A stretch of DNA of 64,000 nucleotides from an uncultured Neisseria sp. (GTDB taxonomy: Bacteria > Pseudomonadota > Gammaproteobacteria > Burkholderiales > Neisseriaceae): assembly GCA_963552075.1 (NCBI GenBank), contig CAUVJL010000001.1:394-64393 (forward strand), given 5' to 3'. The position numbers were made by a program, and so were the translations under genes. The first letter of the stretch is position 1. Every line of letters begins with the position of its first letter. Shown here one piece after another: positions 9,019 to 16,813 of the stretch. The notes below the pieces were generated by a model. That model saw nothing but the letters and a program-made list of their open reading frames with translations. It searched no databases and had not been told where the DNA came from.

Positions 9019-9684
9019 ATGTTTGCCGATAAGCAAGCCGTTTTAAACGCCTTCCGTTTCCGCCACGCCTGCAAAAGTTATGACGCGGCGAAGAAAATCC
9101 CTGCCGATGATTTCGCCTATATTCTGGAAACCGCACGCCTGTCACCCAGCTCGTTCGGGCTGGAACCTTGGCGGTTTTTGGTGGTGCAGAACCGTACTCT
9201 GCGCCAAGAGTTGCGCGGCATTGCATGGGGCGCGGCGGAAAAAATCATGGATTGCAGCCATTTTGTGATTTTGTTGGCGCGCACGCAGGCTGCCATGCAG
9301 GCGGATTATGAAGAAAAAATCTGGGGCGGCGTGCATGGAATGCCGTCTGAAACCGTTGGAATGATGCAAAAATTTTTCAAACAGTTTGCCGAAACCGATT
9401 TTGCCATTGCCGATAATCCGCGCTCGTTTAACGACTGGGCAGCCAAGCAAACCTATATCGCGTTGGCAAACATGATGACTGCTGCCGCTTTGATTGGTGT
9501 GGATTCCAAGCCGATTGAGGGCTTTCAAAAGGAAAATGTGGAAAAGTTGCTGTCCGGCAAAGGCTTCATCAATCTTGACGAATACCGCGTCAGCGTCATG
9601 GCGGCGTTTGGCTATCGCGCAGGTGAACCCAAGCGCGCCAAAACGCGGCAGGCAGTAGAAGATGTGGTTGATTGGATTGAATAA
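9019..9684 (+). CDS. NAD(P)H-dependent nitroreductase family oxidoreductase
   Basis: Nitroreductase-fold signature (RHACKSYD...LETARLSPSSFGLEPWRF). Start chosen at MFADKQ, with GGAG upstream. Confidence 0.85.
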   Translation: MFADKQAVLNAFRFRHACKSYDAAKKIPADDFAYILETARLSPSSFGLEPWRFLVVQNRTLRQELRGIAWGAAEKIMDCSHFVILLARTQAAMQADYEEKIWGGVHGMPSETVGMMQKFFKQFAETDFAIADNPRSFNDWAAKQTYIALANMMTAAALIGVDSKPIEGFQKENVEKLLSGKGFINLDEYRVSVMAAFGYRAGEPKRAKTRQAVEDVVDWIE

Positions 9685-9825
9685 ACGCCTGAAAATCAGC
9701 AACACAGACATTCACCAGTTGGCAAAATCAAGAGTTTTTACCGATGACAGCCTGCGCTTGAATGAAGAAGAAGGTTTCCGTCGGGGCAAATTTTCCACCC
9801 GCTTATTCATTTATTTGGAGGACTT

Positions 9826-10290
9826 ATGCGCTTACACTATTCCCAATATGCCCTTGAAAGCTATAAGGCACTGCTGGCTTTGGAAGCCAGCCTCACGCTG
9901 GATAGTACCCTGAAAGATTTGGTGAAACTGCGTGTTTCGCAAATCAACGGCTGCGTTTTTTGTGTCGATATGCACGTTAAAGAGGCCAAGCTGCACGGCG
10001 AGCGCGAACTGCGCCTGCACCATTTGGCCGTTTGGCACGAATCAACCCTGTTTACCGAAAAAGAACGGGCCGCGCTGCAATGGGCGGAAAGCCTGACCCG
10101 CATCTCCGAACAAGGTATCCGCGATGCGGACTACGCAGCGGTACGCGCCCATTTTGATGAAGAAGAACTGGTGGCGTTGACCCACGTCATCAACACCATC
10201 AACGTTTGGAACCGCCTGAACGTGGCTTTTGCCACCCCGGCAGGCAGCATGGACGGTCTGATGGGATTGGAGAAGGCAGGGCTGGTTTAG
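9826..10290 (+). CDS. carboxymuconolactone decarboxylase (AhpD-like) family protein
   Basis: 154 aa. CxxC-type motif NGCVFCVDMH typical of AhpD-like/CMD proteins. GGAGG RBS. Confidence 0.85.
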   Translation: MRLHYSQYALESYKALLALEASLTLDSTLKDLVKLRVSQINGCVFCVDMHVKEAKLHGERELRLHHLAVWHESTLFTEKERAALQWAESLTRISEQGIRDADYAAVRAHFDEEELVALTHVINTINVWNRLNVAFATPAGSMDGLMGLEKAGLV

Positions 10291-10316
10291 CCTGGCCTAC
10301 AAGCCGAACGTGCAAA

Positions 10317-10361
10317 AAAAGCAGCCTGCACTTTGCAAAACCCAAGTGCAGGCTGCCTGAA
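10317..10361. terminator. hairpin from AAGCAGCCTGCA / TGCAGGCTGC, the second arm reading through as AGGCTGCCTGAA
   Basis: 12-mer at 10319-10330. The inverted arm at 10347-10356 runs into AGGCTGCCTGAA (10350-10361, sim-type dialect). Lies between the convergent CMD and SnoaL-like genes. Confidence 0.65.
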
Positions 10362-10378
10362 ACCCATCGGGCTTCGCT

Positions 10379-10741
10379 TTATGCGGCGTTGTTGTTCATC
10401 GTCCAGCAGTCGGTGATTTTGCCGTCTTTGACTTTCAGGAAATCTGTGCCGACTTTGACGGCGGTTTTGTCGCCGAGCGTGGCGGTAACGCGCCAATAGG
10501 CGGAAATCATGTCGCCGTCGCAAAACGGGCCGAGCACGAGTTCGTAATGCAAATCGGCTTTGGCGCGGATGGTGGCAATCCAAGCCTTCGCGCTGGCAAT
10601 GTCGGTAACGGGTGCGGGCGGCGGGGTGGAGTCGGCGGTCAGGTGCGCTTTGAAATGGGGCGACAACAATTCGTCGGCAATATCAAGATGGCCGTTCCAC
10701 ATCTGCGTCCATGCGGTGTAGATTTTGTGTGCGTCGGTCAT
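10379..10741 (-). CDS. SnoaL-like / NTF2-fold protein
   Basis: 120 aa with the size and pattern (IYTAWTQMWNG...DCWTM) of SnoaL-like ester cyclase/NTF2 proteins. Confidence 0.55.
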   Translation of the reverse strand: MTDAHKIYTAWTQMWNGHLDIADELLSPHFKAHLTADSTPPPAPVTDIASAKAWIATIRAKADLHYELVLGPFCDGDMISAYWRVTATLGDKTAVKVGTDFLKVKDGKITDCWTMNNNAA

Positions 10742-10851
10742 GTTTTATCTCCTAATGTATTGGATTACAATGAATATCGCTGCCTGGCGGCTGTGCCATA
10801 ATGCGGTGAAACGAAGCTGCCGTCAAGGCGGGGCGGCGAAGCAATAAGGCT

Positions 10852-10920
10852 TTCAGACGGCCTTCGGACAGATATTCAGGCCGTCTGAAAGGCTACCTGA
10901 AACTTTAAAAGCAGCCTGCA
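10852..10920. repeat. stack of three DUS dialects
   Basis: TTCAGACGGCCT at 10852-10863 and AGGCCGTCTGAA at 10878-10889 form a hairpin. AGGCTACCTGAA follows directly at 10890-10901, and AAGCAGCCTGCA at 10909-10920. Confidence 0.7.
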
Positions 10921-10943
10921 CCCAAAATCGCAGTAAACCCCAA

Positions 10944-10985
10944 AAGCCCTCTCCCCAGCCCTCCCCCACAGGGGAGGGAGCAGGT
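10944..10985. repeat. GC-rich REP-like palindromic element
   Basis: CCCTCCCC-CACA-GGGGAGGG hairpin at 10959-10978. It translates as the ...SPVGEGWGEG... pseudo-peptide that is common for such intergenic repeats. Confidence 0.4.
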
Positions 10986-11109
10986 TGGTACAGCCCCACC
11001 GTCTGCCGCACAAAACCCAAGTGCAGGCTGCCATCGGTCTGATTTTTTGATTCAGCCAACCGATGTGCGTGCCTGCGATGCTGCCTTTGCCCCATCACAC
11101 ATCCTGTTT

Positions 11110-11135
11110 TTCAGACGGCCTTCAGGCTACCTGAA
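11110..11135. repeat. TTCAGACGGCCT followed by AGGCTACCTGAA
   Basis: 12-mers at 11110-11121 and 11124-11135, just upstream of the EamA start. Confidence 0.6.
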
Positions 11136-11163
11136 AAACGCCACACACAAAAGAAAAACCGCC

Positions 11164-12024
11164 ATGCCCAACCGCACCGCTGCCATTTTCACCACCGCGA
11201 TTGCCCCGCTGATTTGGGGCAGCACCTATCTGGTTACCACCGAATTTCTGCCGCCGGACCGACCGTTTACCGCCGCGCTTATCCGTGTTTTACCCGCCGG
11301 GCTTTTGCTGTTGGCGTGGACGCGGCGGATACCTAAACGCAGCGAATGGCCGACGGTTGTTTTGCTCGGTTTTTTAAACATCGGCTTTTTCCAGGCCATG
11401 CTGTTTGTGGCGGCGTATCGCTTACCGGGCGGACTGGCGGCGGTATTGAGTTCGACGCAGACGCTGATGGTGCTGGTGTTCACTTGGTTAATCGGCAAAA
11501 CCATGCCGCCCAAAGCGGCTTGGGCTTGGTCGGCGGCAGGGGTTTTGGGGATTGCGCTTTTGGTTTTGTCGCCGCAGGCGCGCTATGACGGGACGGGTAT
11601 TTTGGCGGCATTGGCGGGCGCGGCGGCGATGGCATTAGGCGTGTATTTGTCGAAACACCGCCGCACTTCGCTGCCCGTGTTGGCGTTTACCGGCTGGCAG
11701 CTTTTCATCGGCGGATTGTTTTTACTGCCCGTCGCCCTGCTTGCCGAGCCGCCGCTCGAATCTTTAAGCCCCGCCAATATCGGCGGCTATCTGTATTTGA
11801 GCCTGTTTGGTGCCGTATTGGCTTATGTGTTGTTTTTCAGAGGAATTGCTAAACTTTCACCTGCTGCGGTTTCGTCGCTGGGATTGCTCAGCCCTGTCTC
11901 GGCATTTATCTTGGGCTGGCTGTTTTTAGGGCAAGGGATGGATGCGAAGTCGCTGGCGGGATTTGCGTTGGTGTTGGTATCGATATTCGGGGTGCAGCGG
12001 GCAGTCATGAAAAAGGTCGTCTGA
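11164..12024 (+). CDS. EamA/DMT family transporter
   Basis: About 10 TM segments with two EamA-like halves. Start chosen at MPNRTAAIF (11164) within ORF 11047..12024. The stop codon lies inside a host-type DUS. Confidence 0.85.
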   Translation: MPNRTAAIFTTAIAPLIWGSTYLVTTEFLPPDRPFTAALIRVLPAGLLLLAWTRRIPKRSEWPTVVLLGFLNIGFFQAMLFVAAYRLPGGLAAVLSSTQTLMVLVFTWLIGKTMPPKAAWAWSAAGVLGIALLVLSPQARYDGTGILAALAGAAAMALGVYLSKHRRTSLPVLAFTGWQLFIGGLFLLPVALLAEPPLESLSPANIGGYLYLSLFGAVLAYVLFFRGIAKLSPAAVSSLGLLSPVSAFILGWLFLGQGMDAKSLAGFALVLVSIFGVQRAVMKKVV

Positions 12025-12068
12025 AAACAGCCTTGAAGCCTTCAAGCTGCGTTTTCAGACGACCTTTT
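12012..12068. terminator. DUS-pair hairpin terminator (bidirectional)
   Basis: AGGTCGTCTGAA at 12014-12025 and TTCAGACGACCT at 12054-12065. Confidence 0.7.
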
Positions 12069-12080
12069 GCGCCGGTCGGT

Positions 12081-12896
12081 TTATTTCTTCAAGAATGCCC
12101 GTTTCAGAATAATCAGCCAATCTTTTTTATCCAAAACAGGACGTTGCGTAAATACATCGTATTTGCAGCCGTCCAGTTTCTGCAAAATCAGTTGTCCGCC
12201 GACAATAATCATCCGCAATTCAAATCCCAAGCGGCCTTTCAGCGTTTTACCCAAGGGCGAGCCGCCCTTGAGCATTTGGAACGCGCGGTTGCACTCATAC
12301 GCCATCAGTCTTTGGAACGCAAAATCCGCTTTGCCTTCGGCAATTTGCGTTTCGCTGACGTTAAATTTTTGCAAGTCGTCCTGCGGGATATAGACGCGGC
12401 CTTTCTGCCAATCGACGGCAACGTCCTGCCAAAAGTTGATGAGTTGCAACGCGGTGCAGATACCGTCGCTTTGGGCAATGCTGACTTCGTCGGTTTGTCC
12501 GTACAGATGCAGCATAATGCGCCCGACTGGATTGGCGGAACGGCGGCAGTAGTCAATCAGGTCGCCAAAATCCTGATAACGGGTTTTGACAACATCCTGA
12601 CTGAATACGGACAAAAGATCGTAAAACGGCTGCAGCGGCAGCTTGAAAGGCGCGATGGCTTCACGTTGCAAACGTTGCATTAGCGGAGTCAACGGCGTTT
12701 CGCCACGCTGTATGCGGTCGAGTTCGGATTTGAGTTCATCCAAAGCGCGCAAGCGTTCATCGGCTTCGGCATTGCCTTCATCAGCGAGGTCATCCGCAGT
12801 GCGCGTAAAAGCGTAAACGGCATGAGTAGGTTTGCGCAGGCGGCGCGGCATGACAAGCGAGCCGACGGGGAAATTTTCGTAATGGTTGACGGACAT
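12081..12896 (-). CDS. squalene/phytoene synthase family protein (HpnC-like)
   Basis: MSVNHYENFPVGS...AVYAFTRTADDLADEG is the characteristic HpnC/CrtB N-terminus with the first Asp-rich motif. Start chosen at 12896 within ORF 12081..13016. Confidence 0.8.
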   Translation of the reverse strand: MSVNHYENFPVGSLVMPRRLRKPTHAVYAFTRTADDLADEGNAEADERLRALDELKSELDRIQRGETPLTPLMQRLQREAIAPFKLPLQPFYDLLSVFSQDVVKTRYQDFGDLIDYCRRSANPVGRIMLHLYGQTDEVSIAQSDGICTALQLINFWQDVAVDWQKGRVYIPQDDLQKFNVSETQIAEGKADFAFQRLMAYECNRAFQMLKGGSPLGKTLKGRLGFELRMIIVGGQLILQKLDGCKYDVFTQRPVLDKKDWLIILKRAFLKK

Positions 12897-13069
12897 AGAT
12901 ATTGGAAATTCGGTATTTGGGGTCGTCTGAAAGTATGAGCCGCGTTGCTCAAATGGCTTGCCGACGGCACGGAGTACTTCCAAACCTGTATTAACAACTC
13001 GGCAAGATTCTAACACAACGCATTATCTTATTAATGATTTAACTGTACACGCGCATAGAAATCCAAACT

Positions 13070-13226
13070 TATAGTGGATTAAATTTAAATTAGGACAAGG
13101 CGACGAAGCCGCAGACAGTACAGATAGTACGGAACCGATTCACTTGGTGCTTCAGCACCTTAGAGAATCGTTCTCTTTGAGCTAAGGCGAGGCAACGCCG
13201 TACTGGTTTAAAGTTAATCCACTATA
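13070..13226. mobile_element. Correia repeat-enclosed element, full length (157 bp)
   Basis: TATAGTGGATTAAATTTAAAT...TTTAAAGTTAATCCACTATA terminal inverted repeats with the canonical Correia core. Confidence 0.9.
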
Positions 13227-13445
13227 AAACCACAAAATTACCCTGTTTTCCCAATTCAGACGACCCTTTCCACACAACGGATTTTAGCTACGGCAAAAAC
13301 TATATTGAGATAACAAACCGCCATCCGGAAATAGGCTGTCCCATCCAAACTTGTCCCGAAACCCATGCCGTCCTCGTTCTTTAATATATCCGTAAACACT
13401 TGATTCGCTTATAATCCCCATACTTCCAAGTCAGCGGAGACTACG

Positions 13446-13706
13446 ATGGACATGATGGCTTTCACGAATATTTTCTTAATCGTGCTATGTATTTTCACCA
13501 TGCTGCTGGTGTGGTCGCGAAATTGGAAGCGCAAGCAGGCGTATTTTGAAAAAATCAAAAGCAATCCGGACAATCTGAAATGGCTCAAACAAAATCTGAC
13601 TGGAAAAGAAACAGCAGACCTCAAAAACATCAACGAGCATTTCGGGCTGCCTTTGCTGCAAGCGAAACAATTACTTGAATACTACAAGCAGCAGTCGGAA
13701 AAATAA
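13446..13706 (+). CDS. hypothetical small membrane-anchored protein (86 aa)
   Basis: Single N-terminal TM (FTNIFLIVLCIFTMLLVW) and a charged C-terminus. Lower-GC region. No family recognised. Confidence 0.35.
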   Translation: MDMMAFTNIFLIVLCIFTMLLVWSRNWKRKQAYFEKIKSNPDNLKWLKQNLTGKETADLKNINEHFGLPLLQAKQLLEYYKQQSEK

Positions 13707-13784
13707 TCTATCGTAAAAAATAATCTATGGTTTAAAACAGGTGGGCTGAATTCAGTCCGCCTTTTTTACCCGTTTCAAAAAAAT

Positions 13785-13814
13785 CTTTTATTTCTGTATT
13801 GACAGAAATAAAAG
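13785..13814. promoter_or_regulatory. 12-bp perfect inverted repeat overlapping a TTGACA -35 box
   Basis: CTTTTATTTCTG-TATTGA-CAGAAATAAAAG, with TTGACA at 13799-13804. Lies 23 bp upstream of the GbsR-type gene. Confidence 0.5.
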
Positions 13815-13836
13815 ACAAAAATAAAATACCCTCACT

Positions 13837-14355
13837 ATGAAACTGAATCCAACTACTGAAAAATTTATCCTCCACTGGGGCGAAATGGGCACCAAATGGG
13901 GCGTCAACCGTACCGTTGCGCAAATCCACGCCCTACTCTATATCTTAGGCAGACCGATGAATGCCGAAGAAATTACCGAAACGCTCGGCGTAGCGCGCTC
14001 CAATGTCAGCAACAGCATCAAAGAGCTGCAAAATCTGAGGCTGGTGCATACCGTGCATATCTTGGGCGACAGACGCGATCATTTTGAAACTTCAGACGAC
14101 GTCTGGACTTTGTTCCGCACCATCGCAGAAATGCGCATGCAGCGCGAAATCGAACCGACGCGGCAATTTTTGCAAAGCCTGATCGATAGTCCTGAATTTA
14201 GTCAGGAAAATGAAACCGCCAAACAGCGAATCCGGCAAACCCATGATTTCATCAATACGCTGACCATATGGGCAAATGAAATGCTGAAGCTTTCCACCTC
14301 AACCATGGTGAAAATTTTAAAAATAGGCGCCGGAATACAGAAATTTTTCCGATGA
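13837..14355 (+). CDS. GbsR/MarR family transcriptional regulator
   Basis: FILHWGEMGTKWGVNRTVAQIHALLYILGRPMNAEEITETLGVARSNVSNSIKELQ is a typical GbsR-type winged HTH. Confidence 0.75.
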   Translation: MKLNPTTEKFILHWGEMGTKWGVNRTVAQIHALLYILGRPMNAEEITETLGVARSNVSNSIKELQNLRLVHTVHILGDRRDHFETSDDVWTLFRTIAEMRMQREIEPTRQFLQSLIDSPEFSQENETAKQRIRQTHDFINTLTIWANEMLKLSTSTMVKILKIGAGIQKFFR

Positions 14356-14418
14356 TGCCTCCCCAATTGATTTACAAGACACAACCCCCGGTTTCTCTTA
14401 CTCAATCATAGGTGTGTT

Positions 14419-14778
14419 ATGACGCATTCAACAGAAGATTATTTCGACTATCCGAGAGGCAGAGTCATCATCGTTTATACTGCACCTACGGTATTTTTTG
14501 CATTTAGTATCGGCTACTATGCTTTATTCTTTACCGTACCTGCCCTAATTTGCGGTTTGATCTTAAGCTTGACGTCTACATACAGGGACTTACGCGGCCT
14601 TATCCGGGCAATCATAACCGGATCATTATGCGGTTGCCTATATCTTTTATTGTTTGGTGCAGATTTTGTCAGCAGTCTCCAGGCAGGCGTGGTAATAGGC
14701 GGTACTTATTCTTTGATTGTCGGTCTTTTGAGCCTGCCCAATCCTCCTGGGGAAGACGATATTCGGGAACCTGCCTAA
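14419..14778 (+). CDS. hypothetical membrane protein (119 aa, about 4 TM)
   Basis: Hydrophobic ORF between the regulator and the DoxX-like gene. No family recognised. Confidence 0.4.
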   Translation: MTHSTEDYFDYPRGRVIIVYTAPTVFFAFSIGYYALFFTVPALICGLILSLTSTYRDLRGLIRAIITGSLCGCLYLLLFGADFVSSLQAGVVIGGTYSLIVGLLSLPNPPGEDDIREPA

Positions 14779-14790
14779 TTTTTTTACCTC

Positions 14791-14813
14791 TATATTTCTC
14801 TTTTGACAGAAAT
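14791..14813. promoter_or_regulatory. second copy of the TATTTCT-N3-TTGACAGAAAT motif
   Basis: TATTTCTCTTTTGACAGAAATTT here against TATTTCTGTATTGACAGAAATAA at 13789-13811, about 19 of 21 core positions identical. Upstream of the DoxX-like gene. Confidence 0.45.
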
Positions 14814-14869
14814 TTTAGAAATTACAGGCTAAATATATAAACAAACCGAAATGAAATTAGGAAACCAAT

Positions 14870-15259
14870 ATGTCCGACAACACTACGCACACTCTCCCTG
14901 CCTACCTGTCTTACTCGATGGGGCTGCTATGGCTGTGGAGCGGTACCCAACCTCTGTTTTTCATGCCCGAAATGTCATTGGATTTGCTGCATTCGGTCGG
15001 TATTCCCAATCCGTTGCAATGGCCGACATTAATCGCCGCTTCACTATTGGACATCGGTTTTGCCTTTTTATGCTTCAGCCGCTTTCGTGCCCGTTCCGCA
15101 ATATGGCTGCTGCAATTGATAACCGTCACGACATACAGCCTGATTATTGCCTTCAGGCTGCCCGAAATGTGGGCGCATCCGTTTGCGCCTTTGGTAAAAA
15201 ACCTGCCGATTATGGCTACTTTATTTTTCCTGTATCAATCCGTAGGAGATAAAAAATGA
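14870..15259 (+). CDS. DoxX-like family membrane protein
   Basis: 129 aa, 4 TM (GLLWLWSG...LLDIGFAFLCF). Usual partner of DUF2269 and NAD(P)H-binding SDR genes. Confidence 0.6.
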   Translation: MSDNTTHTLPAYLSYSMGLLWLWSGTQPLFFMPEMSLDLLHSVGIPNPLQWPTLIAASLLDIGFAFLCFSRFRARSAIWLLQLITVTTYSLIIAFRLPEMWAHPFAPLVKNLPIMATLFFLYQSVGDKK

Positions 15260-15738
15260 ACACTTATTTAATCGTTAAAACCTTACACATCATCTCGGCT
15301 ACCTTAATGGTCGGCACCGGTTTTGGTACAGCGTTTTACCTCTTTTGGGCAAACCGCAGCGGTTCGGTCGCCGCGCAGTCGGTCGTATCGCATTGGGTTA
15401 TCAAAGCAGATTGGTGGTTTACGACCCCCGCCGTCATTTTCCAACCCTTGTCCGGTTTATGGATGCTTTACGAACGCGGCTATACCGTGTCCACCATGCT
15501 GGAACAAAATTGGGTATGGATGACGCTCGGTTTATACATCCTTGCAGGCATTTGCTGGCTGCCCGTTGTCTGGCTGCAAATCCGTATGGCAAAAATTGCC
15601 GAAAAAGCGCATAAAGAAAACGCAGACACCATTCCGGAACCCTATTGGCGTTATGCCAGACGCTGGGAATTGCTGGGCTATCCCGCCTTTTGCGCCACTA
15701 TCGTGATTTACTTCCTGATGGTAATGAAACCGATTTAA
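15256..15738 (+). CDS. DUF2269 family membrane protein
   Basis: 160 aa. MNTYLIVKTLHIISATLMVGTGFGTAFYLF is typical of DUF2269. The ATGA start/stop overlap with the upstream gene suggests translational coupling. Confidence 0.65.
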   Translation: MNTYLIVKTLHIISATLMVGTGFGTAFYLFWANRSGSVAAQSVVSHWVIKADWWFTTPAVIFQPLSGLWMLYERGYTVSTMLEQNWVWMTLGLYILAGICWLPVVWLQIRMAKIAEKAHKENADTIPEPYWRYARRWELLGYPAFCATIVIYFLMVMKPI

Positions 15739-15778
15739 AGATTTTCAGACGACCTCAGCAACACCATAAAGAAAAACC

Positions 15779-16618
15779 ATGAACATCATCATTTTCGGAG
15801 GCAGCGGCTTCATCGGCAGCCGTACCGCCCAAATCTTAAAAGAACAAGGTCACCAAGTTTGGACGCCCGACCGCCGCGCCTTCGATTTTCTTCATCCCGA
15901 TGAAACGGCCGCACGCCGTTTGTTAGAGGGGCAAGACGTCCTCATCAACTGCATCGGCATCATGAGCCGTCATGCCGAAATACTCGAAACCGTACACCAC
16001 CGCACGCCCAAACAACTCGCCGCATGGGCAAAAACAGCAGGCATAAAACACTGGGTGCAACTATCCGCACTGGGTGCCGACCCATCTCAACCCATCAACT
16101 TTGTCGGCAGTAAAGGACGTGGAGATGATGCCGTCGCCCAAAGCGGCATACCGATTGCCATAGCCAGACCATCCGTCGTTTACGGGCGTGGGGGAACCAG
16201 CTGCGAACTGTTCATCAAATTAGCCCGCCTCCCTTTGCTTCCCCTACCGGAAGGCGGCCGCTTTTACTTGCAGCCCGTCCATCTAGCCGATGTTGCCGAA
16301 GGTTTGGCAAAACTTGCCGTCCAAACCGATATCAACCATAGCATCATCAATATGACCGGCAGCCAAACGCTGACCTTGGCGGAATACCTGACCACGCTCC
16401 GCCAAACCCTGCATCACAAACCCCCGCAACGTATCCTGCCCATCCCCCTGCGCCTGCTTGACCCTGCGCTGCCGTTGGCAAACCTCCTCAGCAACGGCAT
16501 CATCAGCCGCAACAGTTTTGACCTGCTCAAACAAGGTTCATGCGCCGATTATTCTGATTTTGCAGCTTTATTGGGGAGAGCGCCATTAGCTGCGGAAAAC
16601 TTTTCCCGTCAAGGCTGA
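15779..16618 (+). CDS. NAD(P)H-binding SDR family protein (NDUFA9/NmrA-like)
   Basis: N-terminal Rossmann motif IIIFGGSGFIGS. 279 aa. Confidence 0.8.
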   Translation: MNIIIFGGSGFIGSRTAQILKEQGHQVWTPDRRAFDFLHPDETAARRLLEGQDVLINCIGIMSRHAEILETVHHRTPKQLAAWAKTAGIKHWVQLSALGADPSQPINFVGSKGRGDDAVAQSGIPIAIARPSVVYGRGGTSCELFIKLARLPLLPLPEGGRFYLQPVHLADVAEGLAKLAVQTDINHSIINMTGSQTLTLAEYLTTLRQTLHHKPPQRILPIPLRLLDPALPLANLLSNGIISRNSFDLLKQGSCADYSDFAALLGRAPLAAENFSRQG

Positions 16619-16635
16619 ATCAGCCATACACACAA

Positions 16636-16684
16636 AAAGGTCGTCTGAAACCGCCCCGCCTAAAGCCGGTTTCAGACGACCTTT
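16636..16684. terminator. DUS-pair hairpin terminator
   Basis: AGGTCGTCTGAA at 16638-16649 and TTCAGACGACCT at 16671-16682. Confidence 0.7.
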
Positions 16685-16813
16685 CGCCCTAATACAAGAG
16701 ACCGCTGATACAATAAAGCGCCCGTATGAAAAATATTTTGCTACAATATGTAATTGTATGTTACATAAGCAGTATATCATCAATAAAATAATATTTTCAT
16801 CACGGCTCATATC

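Noticed and set aside
10853-11098. 81-aa ORF on the - strand
   Set aside because: It spans only DUS copies and a GC-rich REP-like palindrome (the ...SPVGEGWGEG... pseudo-peptide). It is intergenic repeat DNA, not a gene.
12033-12683. 216-aa ORF on the + strand
   Set aside because: It is antisense to the HpnC-like gene, which has diagnostic motifs, and it starts inside the DUS terminator.
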